From assembly GCA_008690995.1 (NCBI GenBank), contig VRMN01000003.1:558001-622000 (forward strand): 64,000 bases of DNA. The letters run 5' to 3'. Every line of letters starts with the position of its first letter. Positions within the stretch are counted from its first letter, which is position 1. Source of the stretch: Porphyridium purpureum. Taxonomy: Eukaryota. Below the pieces are notes generated by a model. It ran no database searches. It was not told the origin of the DNA and saw nothing but the letters and a program-made list of their open reading frames with translations. Positions 39,900 to 49,809 of this stretch are shown piece by piece. A program made the translations under genes and the position numbers.

Positions 39900-40800
39900 T
39901 CTGAGCTTGGCGCGTTTACGTTAAAGCAGGCCGTTTGGATATGAAGGCGTTTGAGCTCGGTCTGACTGAACGGATAGATTACAGCGAGTGCTGCTTCGCA
40001 AGCGTTGCGGAGCACGTCAGAACGGTTGTGCTCAATACGGCGGGAGCGACGCACAGTGGATGCAAATCGCAATGAAATGGCGCTCACTAATTAGTACATG
40101 TTTGCCCGGTAAAACGGTCGATGAGAGAAGCGCCGTTGCGATGCGACGGGACGTGTGCCAGATCCGTGGATGTCGTCCGTGATCGTCTGACGCTTGTTCA
40201 CGCCTGTTGTTGTTTGGTAAGAGCATTCCTTGCCGTCCGCTCTCGTCGTTGTTCGAAGGAAGAAGAGAACATCACAGACGTCTTCGTATAGTCCGACTCT
40301 GGAAGTAAAAGATCCCGCGCGGAGGTTCTGCTGCAAACGTTTGTCCAGAAGGAATTGCATGTGAGTCACATCGAAATGCAGGTGCTTCTTGTGAGGAGAA
40401 GGGTTTCTCAGTGCGCGTCGAATTGCAGGTCCACTCTCTTTTGGGGAAGAGGAACAAGTGTGTCGGCGCCCGGAAGTCAGGACATTGAGTGAACGGGTTG
40501 AAAATACGACAAATGCTGGCCTGACCCGTCTTCACCGAGCGCAACCAATTGCTATACCCCATGAAGACTGAAAGTTCTACTTATCGTATTTCGCGAGCAA
40601 GCGCACGTGACCGCCACCGCAAGTTCCATTCCTGAGCGCATGTGCGACAGCGCGGTCATTCCAGGTAGATTTCTGCAGGTCTTGGTTTTCATGCCAATTT
40701 GCAGGACGTGCGACAGTCGCGTGTGCATGTTGCGCAAACCAACTTCTGCGGCACTGTGGCCCAATCCAAAGTACAATGCACCTTACACACATACCTCCAG
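39900..40800 (-). mobile_element. Decayed Mutator-like (MULE/FAR1-type) transposase remnant
   Basis: Collinear fragments LYEDVCDVLFF, TGVNKRQTI, IATALLS, SDVLRNACEAALAVIYPFSQTELKRLHI across several frames. Confidence 0.5.
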
Positions 40801-41348
40801 CGCACATTGTGCATACAAACCATATCTGTCAGGTGGATTAACCGCTTTAGGGCGACCGAAAACAACAGGTGGCACTGTCAAGGTGAGTTTGCTGAGCAAA
40901 GAATCTTAAAACATATTTTTTTGGAGTCTCCGGATTGAAGTGGAACCAGCCTTTCCTGCGTCCTCGAAGATCACAGATGTTTGCTTCGCAAGGTTGTTCG
41001 ACAACGCAGTCGCCGGACCAGGCGACGGTCTCGAACACTGCCGGTTTAAAACTTGCCAGTGCGTTGATGGGTATAATGATTTGGAAACCGACGGTGACCG
41101 CTAGAACCGCACACGCGGCACGAGTACATGTAAAGTCTCCTGGATGGCCTCTCTCCACCTCGTCTGACAGACGCAGCGAGCGAGCTTGCCTGTCCGGACG
41201 CTCGATCGCAAGGTGTACAGTGTGACTTCGGCCACATCGCGTGCTGACCCCTCCGTACGTCGACGATTTGCACTTCGAGGAGCTAGTCTGAAGCACGTAG
41301 CCTACGCCTTGGCGCTTGAATTTCGTACCACAAAGGGCCGCCCTGGTC

Positions 41349-42188
41349 ATGCGGACCGCACAAAGCTGCTTGGGATGGGCGCTTCGTCTTCCGAGCCCTG
41401 TCGGTACAGCAGCTTCCCGCGCAAGTATGTCCGAGCGTACAAGGGGCATCCCCCCCGCCTTTGCGACACAGCCGCGTGTGCGCCGTCTCGCACGGCAACG
41501 CGGTACGCGCTGGTGCACTCCTCATGATGGGGATGGCCAGCCCGGTGACAAAAAAGCGGCCGGTAATCTGGATGCTCGTGCGATGAGCGCCCAGGACAAA
41601 CTGCTTTTGAAGCTCGGTAAGAACGTGGACAGCACACGCGCAGCGTTCGCGGCCAAGGTCAAGGCAAGCGAGGCGAAGGAGCAGCGCATGCAGCGCGGAA
41701 AAATTCTGTCAGCTCTTATTTCGGTAGGCTTAGGTTTTGTAATTCACTTTGTGTTGACACACAGCCAGCTGTCTCCAACAGTTATCATGCACGAACTCGA
41801 GAAGAAGAACCCGCCGATCGAGGTAGCGCTGTCAAACGGAAAGCCCACGGTCATTGAGTTTTACGCTGACTGGTGCACAGACTGCAAAGTGATGGCCCCG
41901 AAACTTAGCAAGCTGCATGCTACTTTTTCTCCCACGGTCAATTTTGTGGTGGTCAATGGCGACGCGCCGGAGAATCAAGACTTGGTATCGCAATTTCGTG
42001 TCGATGGGATTCCTCACATATCATTCATCTACGGAGGAAAACGAATTCCTGATACCACTTTTATTGGCTTGGTACCCGCCGACGTCATGACACAACAGAT
42101 CGATGCCCTGAGAGCACGCGCTCCTCTGCCGTATCAAGGTTTAGAATTATATTCAGATGAGTTTGAAGAAGCGTACGGAGCTGAATGA
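41349..42188 (+). CDS. HCF164: Thylakoid thioredoxin-like protein, HCF164/TxlA type
   Basis: Transit peptide, one TM helix, ALSNGKPTVIEFYADWCTDC, FRVDGIPH. Confidence 0.85.
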   Translation: MRTAQSCLGWALRLPSPVGTAASRASMSERTRGIPPAFATQPRVRRLARQRGTRWCTPHDGDGQPGDKKAAGNLDARAMSAQDKLLLKLGKNVDSTRAAFAAKVKASEAKEQRMQRGKILSALISVGLGFVIHFVLTHSQLSPTVIMHELEKKNPPIEVALSNGKPTVIEFYADWCTDCKVMAPKLSKLHATFSPTVNFVVVNGDAPENQDLVSQFRVDGIPHISFIYGGKRIPDTTFIGLVPADVMTQQIDALRARAPLPYQGLELYSDEFEEAYGAE

Positions 42189-42270
42189 TTGGGACATGGC
42201 ATACGCAAATAAGATCGTTTTTCTTGTGCTTCAAAGTAAATAACCACGAGCTGGTCTGCGAATACCATTT

Positions 42271-43989
42271 TCAATTTCTTTTCCTTGCGCACACATCCTT
42301 CACCGCGGAGTGCAAAGTATTGTAAGCCGCTTGGACCCCTGCGTCTTCATGTTCTTTCATTTGCTCGAACGTCGACAAGAACATGCCTTCCATACCTTTT
42401 CGATTCATGAAGCCAGATGCCATCAGCATGAGAGCGGTGCAGCGAGTCACCATATCACGCACCAGCGGTGGGCAATCCCTCTGGGTATCCCATGCCTCCG
42501 ACTTTGTTTCTCGGTCAATCCGACCGAGGTACTCCATGCAAGACCGTACCAGCGCACCAGCAAATTCCATTGTGTACTGAGTATTACCTTGCGCTCCTCT
42601 TCTGTCCGGTTTGGCCACGTCTTGATCGGCATTTTCTGTGCTTTCTAATTCCAGTTTTCGACGAACAAATAAGCCGGTGCCAGCGGTACCGTTTCCAGTT
42701 AGCTGATGAAAGGATTCCAGAACAAAGTCGCTCATATATGAGCCCGCCACCAAAGACGACTCGCGAACTTTCGTCATTGCGGCTTCCAACTGAGCATTGA
42801 CGAGCGTTAGCTCTTCCACATGCTGGGCCACTACGGGTAGATATGCGTGGCGCTGGTCGGGTGCCATCTTCGCGGCATTATCATTCAAAAGCCTCAATGC
42901 GTCCGTCCTTTCCCGCTTTTGATCCAGCAGCCGCATCACCTTTGCCATTAGAAGAAGGTCGAGAGTAAACATATTGCTCCCCGGACTCTCTTTCTCCGAC
43001 GTCTCCATCCATTTCAACCATGTCCGTTTGTTTCCTGTGGGATCCTTGACAACACCCTTCGTCTCCTGAATCTCTTCTAGAGACCAGATGTAGGTGTCTA
43101 TCACCTCTTCGACAGTCTGCATAGAAAGGGACAGAGAAGCTGCACCGTCAGACGACCGACGTTGTACGCGATAAACAAGAGCTTTCTTGTCATTTCCCAG
43201 AGAAACGCCAGAAACAAGCTTTCCGCACCGTAAAACGCCGTCACAATCTAGATAAAGAACACGCGAATCCACAAATAGAAGACTTGAGCAATGAAATGCA
43301 GTTTCAAGCCGTTCTTGCATGGTATGCCGTCTCCTCAAGTCCGATTCCTGGAGCACGGCAGTGATTAACTTTCTTAAATGATCGCGCCTATCTGCCAGCA
43401 CTGCTCTTTGTTCTTTCATGAATGCACGCGAGAAGCGTCTAGGATAGGCTCCACCTTCTAGCTCGCATAATCCTAGCTTAAGCAGCTTCCACAGCGACCG
43501 AGGAAGAATCAAAGAAAGTGATCCGTCCATGATTCCTGCAATGGGTCCGCCTTTTCGTTCCCATGCTTGGCCCGGGCTGCGTGCCACCATTGGAGCCGCC
43601 GCCGTCATCGTACTGAAATTGTCGTGCTGGGCTTTCCGCACGCCGACAAATCCCTTATCAGTGCCTGAGCCCTCGTCGTTCCCGGGATTCCCAGCGTCCT
43701 CGGCAAACTTCGTCTGGGCACGCATTAGCCCCGTAAGCGCCGGTACATGATCGACTAGCAAGCGTAAGAATTCAGAGTTAGATGGATCAAAAAACGCTGC
43801 GCGGTCAAGAGTGCTGCCGAACCACTCAGCGCGCATCCATCTTTCAAACGGGGTCTCATTTCCGCCCTCATTCCTTTTCCAAAATCTCCTCGCTGGCACC
43901 ATGGGCTTGCGCGCTCGCTTTCTCACGCTTGCAGACTCATGCTCATGCGTCTCTTTGCGCTTCCCGTGAACCCGCATCCCTTCTTCCAT
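42271..43989 (-). CDS. LIN9/ALWAYS EARLY-like DREAM subunit (DIRP domain)
   Basis: WMRAEWFGSTLDRAAF..NSEF, LPRSLWKLLK, PRRFSRAFMKEQRAVL match DIRP; alternative start 44079. Confidence 0.75.
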   Translation of the reverse strand: MEEGMRVHGKRKETHEHESASVRKRARKPMVPARRFWKRNEGGNETPFERWMRAEWFGSTLDRAAFFDPSNSEFLRLLVDHVPALTGLMRAQTKFAEDAGNPGNDEGSGTDKGFVGVRKAQHDNFSTMTAAAPMVARSPGQAWERKGGPIAGIMDGSLSLILPRSLWKLLKLGLCELEGGAYPRRFSRAFMKEQRAVLADRRDHLRKLITAVLQESDLRRRHTMQERLETAFHCSSLLFVDSRVLYLDCDGVLRCGKLVSGVSLGNDKKALVYRVQRRSSDGAASLSLSMQTVEEVIDTYIWSLEEIQETKGVVKDPTGNKRTWLKWMETSEKESPGSNMFTLDLLLMAKVMRLLDQKRERTDALRLLNDNAAKMAPDQRHAYLPVVAQHVEELTLVNAQLEAAMTKVRESSLVAGSYMSDFVLESFHQLTGNGTAGTGLFVRRKLELESTENADQDVAKPDRRGAQGNTQYTMEFAGALVRSCMEYLGRIDRETKSEAWDTQRDCPPLVRDMVTRCTALMLMASGFMNRKGMEGMFLSTFEQMKEHEDAGVQAAYNTLHSAVKDVCARKRN

Positions 43990-44102
43990 CACGCCCGACC
44001 ACCGGCTCTCTCGACTGCGGATGGGCTCTCTGGCTACAGGAGGCGGCCTCTTGAACACGGAAACATTTTCAGATATCATGATTTACAAGCCATTAACTGG
44101 AA

Positions 44103-45476
44103 TTACACATTGCTTCGCGACTGTTTTACGGGTTCGGACGTGAGGCTGACTGGTGAGTCGAGCCGCGCTGAGGCCGCGTGCTGTCTCATGGCTTCCTGTA
44201 CGGCTACCTGCTGTTCCACCGTGTGCTTGATGAATCGGCCCTTGACCCGAGGCCGAGAATCCGCGAGTTGTTTGCGGCAAGTGTATCGAACCTTCGTGTT
44301 GAACGAGCGCTCTTTGCGCTTCTGTCGGAGCCTCAGAATTGCTGCCTCTCGAGCCTTTTTCTTGAGCAGGCGGTCGTAATCAATTTCACGTTGGCTCTTC
44401 GAGCCGTGGTAGTGCTGAGATGACCGCGCATTTGCAAAGGGAATACCGTCACTCTGCTCAAAAAGGGCCTTGCTACCGCCAAGACCATCCACACATGCGT
44501 GCTTTGCCTGAGCCGACACTGCGCTCGATGTGACCTGGGATGCTGTCGTAAGAGCTGGAGCAGCTGATACGGCTACTTTCGCCCATCGCTTTCCCGCCTC
44601 TCCCGCAGCCGCCACATAGCTACTGTTGACTGCCTGATTCTGCATTGCACCAGTTGCATGACTCGGAGTGTTCCATAGATCGCCACTCCGCTCCTGCTTT
44701 TGCCCCGCCACTGGTTGCGGTGGCTGTTGTGGATGGAGCTGAGCAAGGTCAAGCAGCTGGAGGCCTGAACTTCTCATATTCGCAATTGCGTTACCAGTGT
44801 AAGTCGACCGTTCTCCCGGAGAGAACAAATGTCGAGACTGAAGCGCCTGCGGGAGTGTTCCAGTGAAGTCGGCAAGAACGTCCGGCGACATACGGCGGCC
44901 ACTTTCTGGCACTAGAGGAAGCCCGTCCCGTTGCGAATGCACAAACTGCGGGGTCAAACGCGTCGACATGATATCCATCCGCACGTGCGGATCGTATTGA
45001 GGACTGAACAGAAACGGCGTCGCATCGTTTGGTCCTGCGTAATTTTGCGTTACCGTGGTGTCGACCAACTGCGGCGTGAAAGGACCCAGTGCACTGATTT
45101 CTGGGGATGCATTAATGTTCAACCCACACCCCGACGGAGGGGCATAGACTTGCGGCGTCGACTGCTGCGGCGTCGGCTGCTGCGGCAAAGTTGGCGTGCC
45201 AAACACGACCTGCAGGGAGCGGAACGAGTCGAGCGTGGCTTGCCTGAAACATGAGACAGCATTTCGAAACTGCACGTTTCCGTTCACTACGGGCGTCGTT
45301 GTGATCGCGGCTGCGCCAACAGCGGCGCTCTTGTGCCCGGAGGCGCCATGCAGCTCGTCGACGGGGATGCTCCTCCCCATGTCGACTCCCGGCGTCATAG
45401 TCCATCCAAAGCCCGCGCTAAGCTCCGGCGTGAAACCGCCGAAATCCATGTTTGATATCTCCGCGCTCCTAGCCAT
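44103..45476 (-). CDS. CCT-domain protein (CONSTANS/TOC1 motif)
   Basis: REAAILRLRQKRKERSFNTKVRYTCRKQLADSRPRVKGRFIK. Confidence 0.93.
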   Translation of the reverse strand: MARSAEISNMDFGGFTPELSAGFGWTMTPGVDMGRSIPVDELHGASGHKSAAVGAAAITTTPVVNGNVQFRNAVSCFRQATLDSFRSLQVVFGTPTLPQQPTPQQSTPQVYAPPSGCGLNINASPEISALGPFTPQLVDTTVTQNYAGPNDATPFLFSPQYDPHVRMDIMSTRLTPQFVHSQRDGLPLVPESGRRMSPDVLADFTGTLPQALQSRHLFSPGERSTYTGNAIANMRSSGLQLLDLAQLHPQQPPQPVAGQKQERSGDLWNTPSHATGAMQNQAVNSSYVAAAGEAGKRWAKVAVSAAPALTTASQVTSSAVSAQAKHACVDGLGGSKALFEQSDGIPFANARSSQHYHGSKSQREIDYDRLLKKKAREAAILRLRQKRKERSFNTKVRYTCRKQLADSRPRVKGRFIKHTVEQQVAVQEAMRQHAASARLDSPVSLTSEPVKQSRSNV

Positions 45477-45943
45477 CAATCACCGCTCACCGACTCGACG
45501 ATTTCTGCGTCCTACGCGCCACCTCCTCACCTGCGGCTGTCCCCCTTTTGCCACCGTGACGATTCTCTCCACCACTAAATCGAAAGGACGTGGCCGAGAC
45601 ACAAAGACGTGCTGAAAAGGGCCGCTTGCGCAGGCGAACAGGCATGTGCGTGGTAGGACCGGAGCGGCTCGAGCTCACAAAGGTACAGTGGATCAACGAA
45701 CCCCTTTGATTCACGACTGTACCGCCGCACGCTCGGTTGAATGGTGGATTCGGAGACGTTCAGCGCGCGTGACGAGCACGCTGTCGCCTGCTGCGGCTTC
45801 TGCAAGGTCCCTCACTGGCCACGTCGGTCCGCGACTGCACATTTATAATCTATCGCAACCTGCGAATCTCGGGCTTACACACTAGAACATCGAACGTGGA
45901 GACTCATTTCAAAACCTGGCGCTGAAAGAGCGCTCAGCTTCGA

Positions 45944-46825
45944 CTATGTGCAGTGGGCATGTGCATGAGGCGTCCATCCGATCTGGACAAAGCCACGCAG
46001 CATGTAAATCGACAGGTAAACCATCGCGGAGCTGCCGACGACGTCTTGCACCGCCGTCTCCAACGGACCAGCCCATTTGCCCGCGTCGCGACCGGCCACA
46101 AAGGCGAAAAAGAGCGGGGCGCACGTTCCACTGATTCCTGCCGCCAAGATACTCAGCATCTGTGCCGTGGCAATGGTCACCGCAAAACCGAAATCCAATG
46201 AATTTGTAAACGCGTAAACCCACAGAAGTGCTAAGGAAGCAAGGGCGGCTGATACTGCCAAGGAAAGAGCGCATGCCACGCAAAACTCCTCCTTCATCCA
46301 AGTCATAAAATTATTGCGCGTCACAAGCTCGTGACTGATTGCGCGCGTTGTCAGATTGCTTGCTTGGAGTCCGACGTTACCCGAGATCGCCGAGCAAAGC
46401 GGCAGAAACGCGAGCAAGATCGTGTACTTTTTGTTGCCAAGCACTTCACAAATGGATTTCCCTCCCCCACTGATCACGAGTACGACGGGAATTTCGATTG
46501 CCAGCGTCACCAGCAGCGCAAGGTATCTCTCTGGGAAGGCCCTGGACAGGACGGAGCCGGCGCTATACGCGGTGGCCGCGTGCGTGATGGCCTGGAAAGA
46601 AGCTTCGCTCTCTGACCTGATCTCACTGAACGCTTCATTCAAGTAATTTTCCAGATTCTCGAACGAAATTCGGTTGTGCGTTGGAAGGCCTGCGTCGCTG
46701 TTTACCCCCGATGTGACGCACCCGTCCACCACGCGTTCACCGCCGTATTGCACAAGTATGCCTGCCTCGGATGCGCTGGTCTGCTCCTGCTCGTGCGCCT
46801 TCAGTAAAGCCTTACGCTCATCCAT
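45944..46825 (-). CDS. MgtE-family magnesium transporter (TM domain only)
   Basis: FLPLCSAISGNVGLQA..TTRAI and DAGKWAGPLETAVQDVVG; no CBS domains seen. Confidence 0.88.
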   Translation of the reverse strand: MDERKALLKAHEQEQTSASEAGILVQYGGERVVDGCVTSGVNSDAGLPTHNRISFENLENYLNEAFSEIRSESEASFQAITHAATAYSAGSVLSRAFPERYLALLVTLAIEIPVVLVISGGGKSICEVLGNKKYTILLAFLPLCSAISGNVGLQASNLTTRAISHELVTRNNFMTWMKEEFCVACALSLAVSAALASLALLWVYAFTNSLDFGFAVTIATAQMLSILAAGISGTCAPLFFAFVAGRDAGKWAGPLETAVQDVVGSSAMVYLSIYMLRGFVQIGWTPHAHAHCT

Positions 46826-46905
46826 GGCGGAAGACGATGTTCCCAAAATTGACAACCACTCCTCGCTCGCGCTCGCGCCGTTTGTGACGACCAAACGCTC
46901 TAATC

Positions 46906-46972
46906 CAGCCAGTAAGCTACTTCTAAAAATTTTACGCCGAGGTACAGCCAGTAAGCTGCCTACCAAGAATTT
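46906..46972. repeat. Imperfect direct repeat with 39-bp period (13-bp identical core CAGCCAGTAAGCT)
   Basis: Core copies at 46906-46918 and 46945-46957, each followed by a similar tail ending AATTT. Confidence 0.7.
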
Positions 46973-46985
46973 CGTGGCTGAGCGC

Positions 46986-47270
46986 AAAAACAGGGCGGGG
47001 TTTACAAACCTTGCCGTAGCAACAAAGCAGCATCACCTACAGGGAGCTACACGGCGTTCGTGACAAATCCAGTGGCGCAGAAGACTTGTACGACACACAT
47101 TCGTTTTACAAGTAGGTTTCTTCGGTATCATACCTGGTGGCTGCCGAAGCCCACCACCCATAACGCACATGGGAGATGACTCTCACCCCCGCCCGTAGGA
47201 TCGGAGTGCGACAGGGAAACCGCAAGTCCTTGCTATCCATTACAGAAAATCCGCAACCAACAAGTAAGCT
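46986..47270 (-). ncRNA. Candidate structured non-coding RNA (family unassigned)
   Basis: Long-range GGGCGGGG/CCCCGCCC stem, cUUCGg tetraloop hairpin on the minus strand, other stems, and T5 just after the closing stem on the minus strand. Confidence 0.4.
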
Positions 47271-47272
47271 TT

Positions 47273-48718
47273 TCATCTTGCATCCTTGGCCTTATGCTGT
47301 CGCTCGGCGTCCACGGTAGGCTTGCCGTAGAGCACAACGGCAGTGAACACAATTAGGCTTCCCATCATAACGAATGCACTCGCGTAGTAGGGGTAGGCCT
47401 GTGGGATGAAGCGCTCATACTCATTGTGCCAAAAGGGCCTCACATTCACATTCTCCATCAGCGCCACATGAGAATAGCCTGTGCGAACGTAGGCAATTTC
47501 AAACTTGTAGATCCCAATCACATCCGGAATCGTGAGGTTCGCGTGCATGCTCGCTGACTCACCACTGGACTCGGACACTAGGGGCACCAGGCGTGCGCGG
47601 ATGTATGGATTCAGCATTGTAAACTCCACCTGCATGTCCTCCGGTGTCGTGGGGATCCAGTGACCGAGCGCACCAGCCCACTCAAAAACGTCCAGGGCAA
47701 AGCCAATGTCGTCCTGGACCTTGTACGTCCCGCGCTGCTCACCGTTGTTCGCGAGCCAGTGGCGCACATTCTCTGCTTTCAATACGCCGCGCTCCCCGCA
47801 CGTCCACGAGAGCAAATCCAAATAGAAGTCCCGATGCTTGACGCCTGCGAGCTGCATGACCTGATCCTGCAGCATCGCCACGCCTCCAATGTACGCCCCG
47901 CGCCCCGTGCCAGTATTCCGCGCCTGCAGCACCGCACCGAGGACAACCTCATTGCCGCTTGCGAGCGGAATATCTGTAGCTGACTCGAACTTTCTTCCGC
48001 AATACGCAGAAGGTGAACCCCACAGCACAGGCTCTACGAGCTCATTGGACGTATACAGGCTAGCACCCACGCCCTTGAACAGAATGGAAGAAGCTGAAGG
48101 ACTCCCAGCATTCACGATTGGTTTCGCTTTCGTTACCCCTCCTGCCTTGATGAAAGAATGTGACCCGTCCTGGTCCAGACCAGCATCAAATGAGCCGTGG
48201 TCAATCACAACATTCAATTTGTCGTCCAGTTGTACACCCAGACCAGCGGCGAGCTGCTTCGTGAAAGCTCCATAGTTATAATCTGCCGCGACAAAGACGG
48301 ATCCCCCTTGATCAACGAAATCGAGCACGGCGCCGGCGCTCCATCCGGGGCCGAGGTTCTGAGCACGCGGCACCAGCGAGACAGCTGTGTCAAAGACGTA
48401 CTCGCCGTCCTGCATCAGAAGAATCTCGGCCGTATCTGGTGCATCCAGCGCTTTCACTGTGACAGCATACCCCGTTTCCACTAGATGTTCCTGGATCGTC
48501 TTGTACTTCTCTTGCATATCTGACAGGGTCGGCACAATTACGACAACGCGATCGCGCCCATCCGGCCCGATCGCGACAACCCCTGCTCCGCCCATGACTA
48601 TCAGAAGCATGAATATCATCCCAAGCATTGTGAGCACCCATCGCGTACTCCCCCTCGGTTGAAGCCGGTACCAGAAGCTCCCTGCCATGGGACCACACCA
48701 CGTGTTCTGCAACCGCAT
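47273..48718 (-). CDS. OST48: Oligosaccharyltransferase 48-kDa subunit (WBP1/DDOST)
   Basis: DFVDQGGSVFVA, VIDHGSFD, DMQVEFTMLNPYIR, PDVIGIYKF, VRPFWHNEYERFIPQAYPYY, C-terminal TM; start uncertain. Confidence 0.95.
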   Translation of the reverse strand: MRLQNTWCGPMAGSFWYRLQPRGSTRWVLTMLGMIFMLLIVMGGAGVVAIGPDGRDRVVVIVPTLSDMQEKYKTIQEHLVETGYAVTVKALDAPDTAEILLMQDGEYVFDTAVSLVPRAQNLGPGWSAGAVLDFVDQGGSVFVAADYNYGAFTKQLAAGLGVQLDDKLNVVIDHGSFDAGLDQDGSHSFIKAGGVTKAKPIVNAGSPSASSILFKGVGASLYTSNELVEPVLWGSPSAYCGRKFESATDIPLASGNEVVLGAVLQARNTGTGRGAYIGGVAMLQDQVMQLAGVKHRDFYLDLLSWTCGERGVLKAENVRHWLANNGEQRGTYKVQDDIGFALDVFEWAGALGHWIPTTPEDMQVEFTMLNPYIRARLVPLVSESSGESASMHANLTIPDVIGIYKFEIAYVRTGYSHVALMENVNVRPFWHNEYERFIPQAYPYYASAFVMMGSLIVFTAVVLYGKPTVDAERQHKAKDAR

Positions 48719-49038
48719 CTGCTCAGACCACTCCGTCGAGAGCGTACTCGCGGGGGGGTTTGCTAAATATTTGACACTTTCCGTACAGCCTGCCCGCACG
48801 GTCTCTACGTCCGTCCTGCGACTGATTCAAGTCACTGTCGCCCCGAAATTGTCGGCCTGTTAGTTCAATCTGCCAGCCGTGGCCTTCGTCCCCCTTTAAA
48901 AAGTTGGTCTGTGCCGAGTCGTGGTCGTGCTCGCGATCTGAAGATAGTGACACATCACCACGAAGTCAAAACAGAATCGCACGGCGACGCTATCGGGGAC
49001 TTCACACATGAGCGGTTGCGGCTGCATCGCTCCGGACA

Positions 49039-49737
49039 ATGTGGAATCGGTCTACTCCAAGAGGCGCATCGGACAGCGCTTGTTTGGGCTACATTTCTGT
49101 GCACGGATTCTTTGATGAACGCAAGCCGATGGCGAGGCCCCGCTCGCAACAAGCCGGATGCCCCTTGAGATCAGAGCCATTGACTCGTCTTGGCCGACCC
49201 CGGTACGTCGCTTTGCGGATTCCTGGCACGGGATCAGCTAGAATGCTGGCCAGTAAGGAGGTCCGCACGCACCCGGATGAAAGCGATTTCGTGCCGACGT
49301 TGATTCCAGGCGTGGAGTTGGCCTCCCGCACAGGATGGATGCGCATGTGGCACACGGTGATGCCATCAGAGACTGATTACTCTGGTAACATCTGGCATGG
49401 TCGGTACGTAGCGCTTCTGGAACAGGCACGCGTGTACGCACTAGCTGTAAGCTTCGACACCAACTATGGCGAGCTAGTGCGTCAGACTCAAACCGAACTG
49501 GTGGTGCATGAAATGTTTATTAAGTACGTGAAGCCCGCAGCCATGGGCGAGCGTTTGTGGGTTTATGCCAAGCCATATAGACGTGGCATCCGAATGGCAG
49601 TCCACAGCAGCCTTGAGAATGCTGACGACGGGTCCCTCCGCGCGCAGTCAATTGTCACACTCGTGCCTCTGGATATGAAAATGGGCCGTCCGCTACGCCG
49701 GTGGCCGTCTCAATTTTCTATCATTGAAGGTGAATAA
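49039..49737 (+). CDS. Hot-dog fold acyl-CoA thioesterase (4HBT/YbgC family), probably plastid-targeted
   Basis: ETDYSGNIWHGRYVALLEQAR, IKYVKPAAMGE. Confidence 0.85.
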   Translation: MWNRSTPRGASDSACLGYISVHGFFDERKPMARPRSQQAGCPLRSEPLTRLGRPRYVALRIPGTGSARMLASKEVRTHPDESDFVPTLIPGVELASRTGWMRMWHTVMPSETDYSGNIWHGRYVALLEQARVYALAVSFDTNYGELVRQTQTELVVHEMFIKYVKPAAMGERLWVYAKPYRRGIRMAVHSSLENADDGSLRAQSIVTLVPLDMKMGRPLRRWPSQFSIIEGE

Positions 49738-49809
49738 ACCAGAACGTTTGCGCGTGTGCCCTTTGTCAGACGAGCTCGCTTTGTGGTTTTGCGCCGACAG
49801 AGTTGAGAA

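Noticed and set aside
47127..47175. U1-like ATCATACCTGG followed by two hairpins on the plus strand
   Set aside because: The 5' sequence departs from ATACTTACCTG and there is no Sm site downstream
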